Below are positions 62,979-64,000 of a stretch of 64,000 bases of DNA, piece by piece. The position numbers and the translations under genes are program-made. A model generated the notes under the pieces. It had not been told where the DNA came from. It was given only the letters and a program-made list of their open reading frames with translations, and searched no databases. This DNA is from Opitutales bacterium (GTDB taxonomy: Bacteria; Verrucomicrobiota; Verrucomicrobiia; Opitutales; JABSRG01): assembly GCA_028280845.1 (NCBI GenBank), contig JANQKZ010000014.1, positions 60,672 to 124,671 on the forward strand, given 5' to 3'. Numbering within the stretch: position 1 is the stretch's first letter; every line of letters starts with the position of its first letter.

Positions 62979-63380
62979 TCAAGCCGCCTGCTTGGGAGGA
63001 GGCGGTTCCTCGCCGGAGATCCATTGCCCGGCGATTTCCTGATCACTGACCACCGCTTGTCGGCGAGGGTTCGGGGGCCACAGTCCATCCACCCGGCCAT
63101 TTAAATCACTCAGGAGCCATACCGGCTTCCAGAATAGCAATCCTGGGGTGTCATGATCTCTCTGGACCTGGTCTACGATAGAGCAGAGCTCACAATTGAA
63201 GTTACCTCCGAGATTGTCCTCCATCATCGCAATAAAGGATTGGATCCGGGAATCATGGTCACTTGTTCCGGTGTCAGCTTGGGTCATCCCAATCCATGCC
63301 CAGCTCTGAAGGAGCAAGGAGGGAAGTTGAGTAGCCCCGATCGTGGCGACCAATGCTAAAACTAAACCGAAGGTGCGCAT
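62979..63380 (-). CDS. hypothetical small exported/membrane protein with a C-x-x-C motif
   Basis: The ATG at 63380 gives MRTFGLVLALVATIGATQLPSLLLQSWAWIGM...NFNCELCSIV (133 aa). The longer track ORF (to 63662) would overlap the Zn-peptidase gene. Confidence 0.45.
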   Translation of the reverse strand: MRTFGLVLALVATIGATQLPSLLLQSWAWIGMTQADTGTSDHDSRIQSFIAMMEDNLGGNFNCELCSIVDQVQRDHDTPGLLFWKPVWLLSDLNGRVDGLWPPNPRRQAVVSDQEIAGQWISGEEPPPPKQAA

Positions 63381-63495
63381 GAAGCGGGAACATGATTTCG
63401 CATGTCCTCCCCATGGGGCAAGATCGATCTTAAAAAAAGGGGCGCAGTCGTTCGACAAGACTGCACCCCAAAAAGGTATAGGGCTGGCAGAACTT

Positions 63496-64000
63496 TTACC
63501 GGCGGGCGGCCAGGAAGTAGTAGACCATCCAAGCCAAGCTGGAGATAAAGGCCGCCACATAAGTCCACGCGGCCGCATCGAGGGTTTTGCGCACTCCGAC
63601 GAGCTCATCTTCACCAATGATGCCCAACCCAACCAGTTCCTGCTTGGCACGTACACTGGCATCGAACTCCACCGGCAGGGTAATAAGTTGGAACAGGGTC
63701 AATACCGCATAACAGATAGCGACGACCATGAACACTTGCTGAAAAGGGAGGAAAAAGATTCCAGCAAACAAGCTGATAGGCAAAATCTGGGAAGCAATAT
63801 TAGTCACCGGTACGAGAGCCATCCGGGCTTGCAGCATGGAATAGCCAACTTTGTGTTGGATAGCGTGCCCGGCTTCGTGGGCAGCTACCCCCAAGGCGGC
63901 GAGACTGGTTCCCCGATAGTTCTCTTCACTGAGCACCAGCCGCTTATGAGTGGGATCATAGTGGTCAGTGAGGCGACCTTGGGTGGCTACAATCTGAACG
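63496..64000 (-). CDS. membrane zinc metallopeptidase (YugP / Zn_peptidase_2-like); N-terminus outside the window
   Basis: The reading frame is open to the window edge. HExxH is in AAHEAGHAIQH, followed by C-terminal TM helices. Confidence 0.75.
   Translation of the reverse strand, partial: VQIVATQGRLTDHYDPTHKRLVLSEENYRGTSLAALGVAAHEAGHAIQHKVGYSMLQARMALVPVTNIASQILPISLFAGIFFLPFQQVFMVVAICYAVLTLFQLITLPVEFDASVRAKQELVGLGIIGEDELVGVRKTLDAAAWTYVAAFISSLAWMVYYFLAARR

Noticed and set aside
63381-63662. N-terminal extension of ORF 62979..63662
   Set aside because: It overlaps the C-terminal 167 nt of the Zn-peptidase gene in another frame. The ATG at 63380 yields a signal-like N-terminus instead.
1-64000. 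Mobile elements, prophage, integrons, or toxin-antitoxin / known defence islands
   Set aside because: I recognised no transposase, integrase, recombinase, phage structural, restriction-modification or Cas-like ORF. No terminal inverted repeats or tRNA-adjacent boundaries are visible.

Overview
This 64 kb window holds about 57 protein-coding genes. I found no rRNA, tRNA, CRISPR array, transposase or integrase. The gene content points to a marine PVC-group heterotroph, most likely Verrucomicrobiota (Opitutae-like); that assignment is inference from content, not from a search. The supporting content is five Cys-type sulfatases, Tat-exported Gfo/Idh/MocA and TIM-barrel isomerase proteins, a prepilin-like protein with the GFTLVELLAVIAII N-terminus, a Chlamydia-type permease-DtxR fusion, and gene leaders that are C/A-rich and lack Shine-Dalgarno sequences.

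Main blocks, in order:
- 1-9.2 kb, metal-themed region: partial NiSOD, a LacI regulator, a sulfatase, a Tat isomerase, a His-rich small membrane protein, a TonB-dependent receptor with extreme His/Asp/Glu inserts, and a LarA homolog.
- 9.4-12.1 kb: a translationally coupled cNMP/CBS/DUF294 nucleotidyltransferase and DEDDh exonuclease pair.
- 12.2-17.1 kb: desaturase, a secreted hypothetical, a sulfatase and MscS.
- 17.1-21.8 kb: mntR divergent from a ytgABCD-like metal ABC operon.
- 21.9-24.2 kb: plsC-cdsA-CDP-alcohol transferase lipid genes.
- 27.9-41.1 kb: a sulfated-glycan utilisation region (galM, SSS transporter, two GH9-like proteins, oxidoreductase, two sulfatases).
- 41.4-50.9 kb: nupC, a HAD-RecD2-rhomboid-GNAT operon, and an Mla/MCE operon.
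- 51-64 kb: prepilin-like protein, sigma-28, acyltransferase, DUF481 outer-membrane protein, ilvB, ymdB, rhodanese, a glycoside hydrolase, MauE/DoxX, an atypical CorA-like protein, an outer-membrane barrel with a small Cys protein, and a partial Zn-peptidase.

Signals that ordinary annotation does not explain:
- A same-strand heptanucleotide tandem repeat (TCGGARG)n occurs at four intergenic loci. Two 15-unit arrays bracket the LacI gene.
- A Val/Ile/Leu-rich 37-codon leader ORF with an abutting GC hairpin lies upstream of ilvB.
- The sensor-nucleotidyltransferase/exonuclease module has no characterised function.
- The metal ABC permease is fused to a DtxR-like domain, and a separate MntR is also present.
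- An AT-rich island with phased AATGCAATT repeats lies upstream of the sigma-28 gene.

All functional calls come from motif recognition by eye. No database search was possible.
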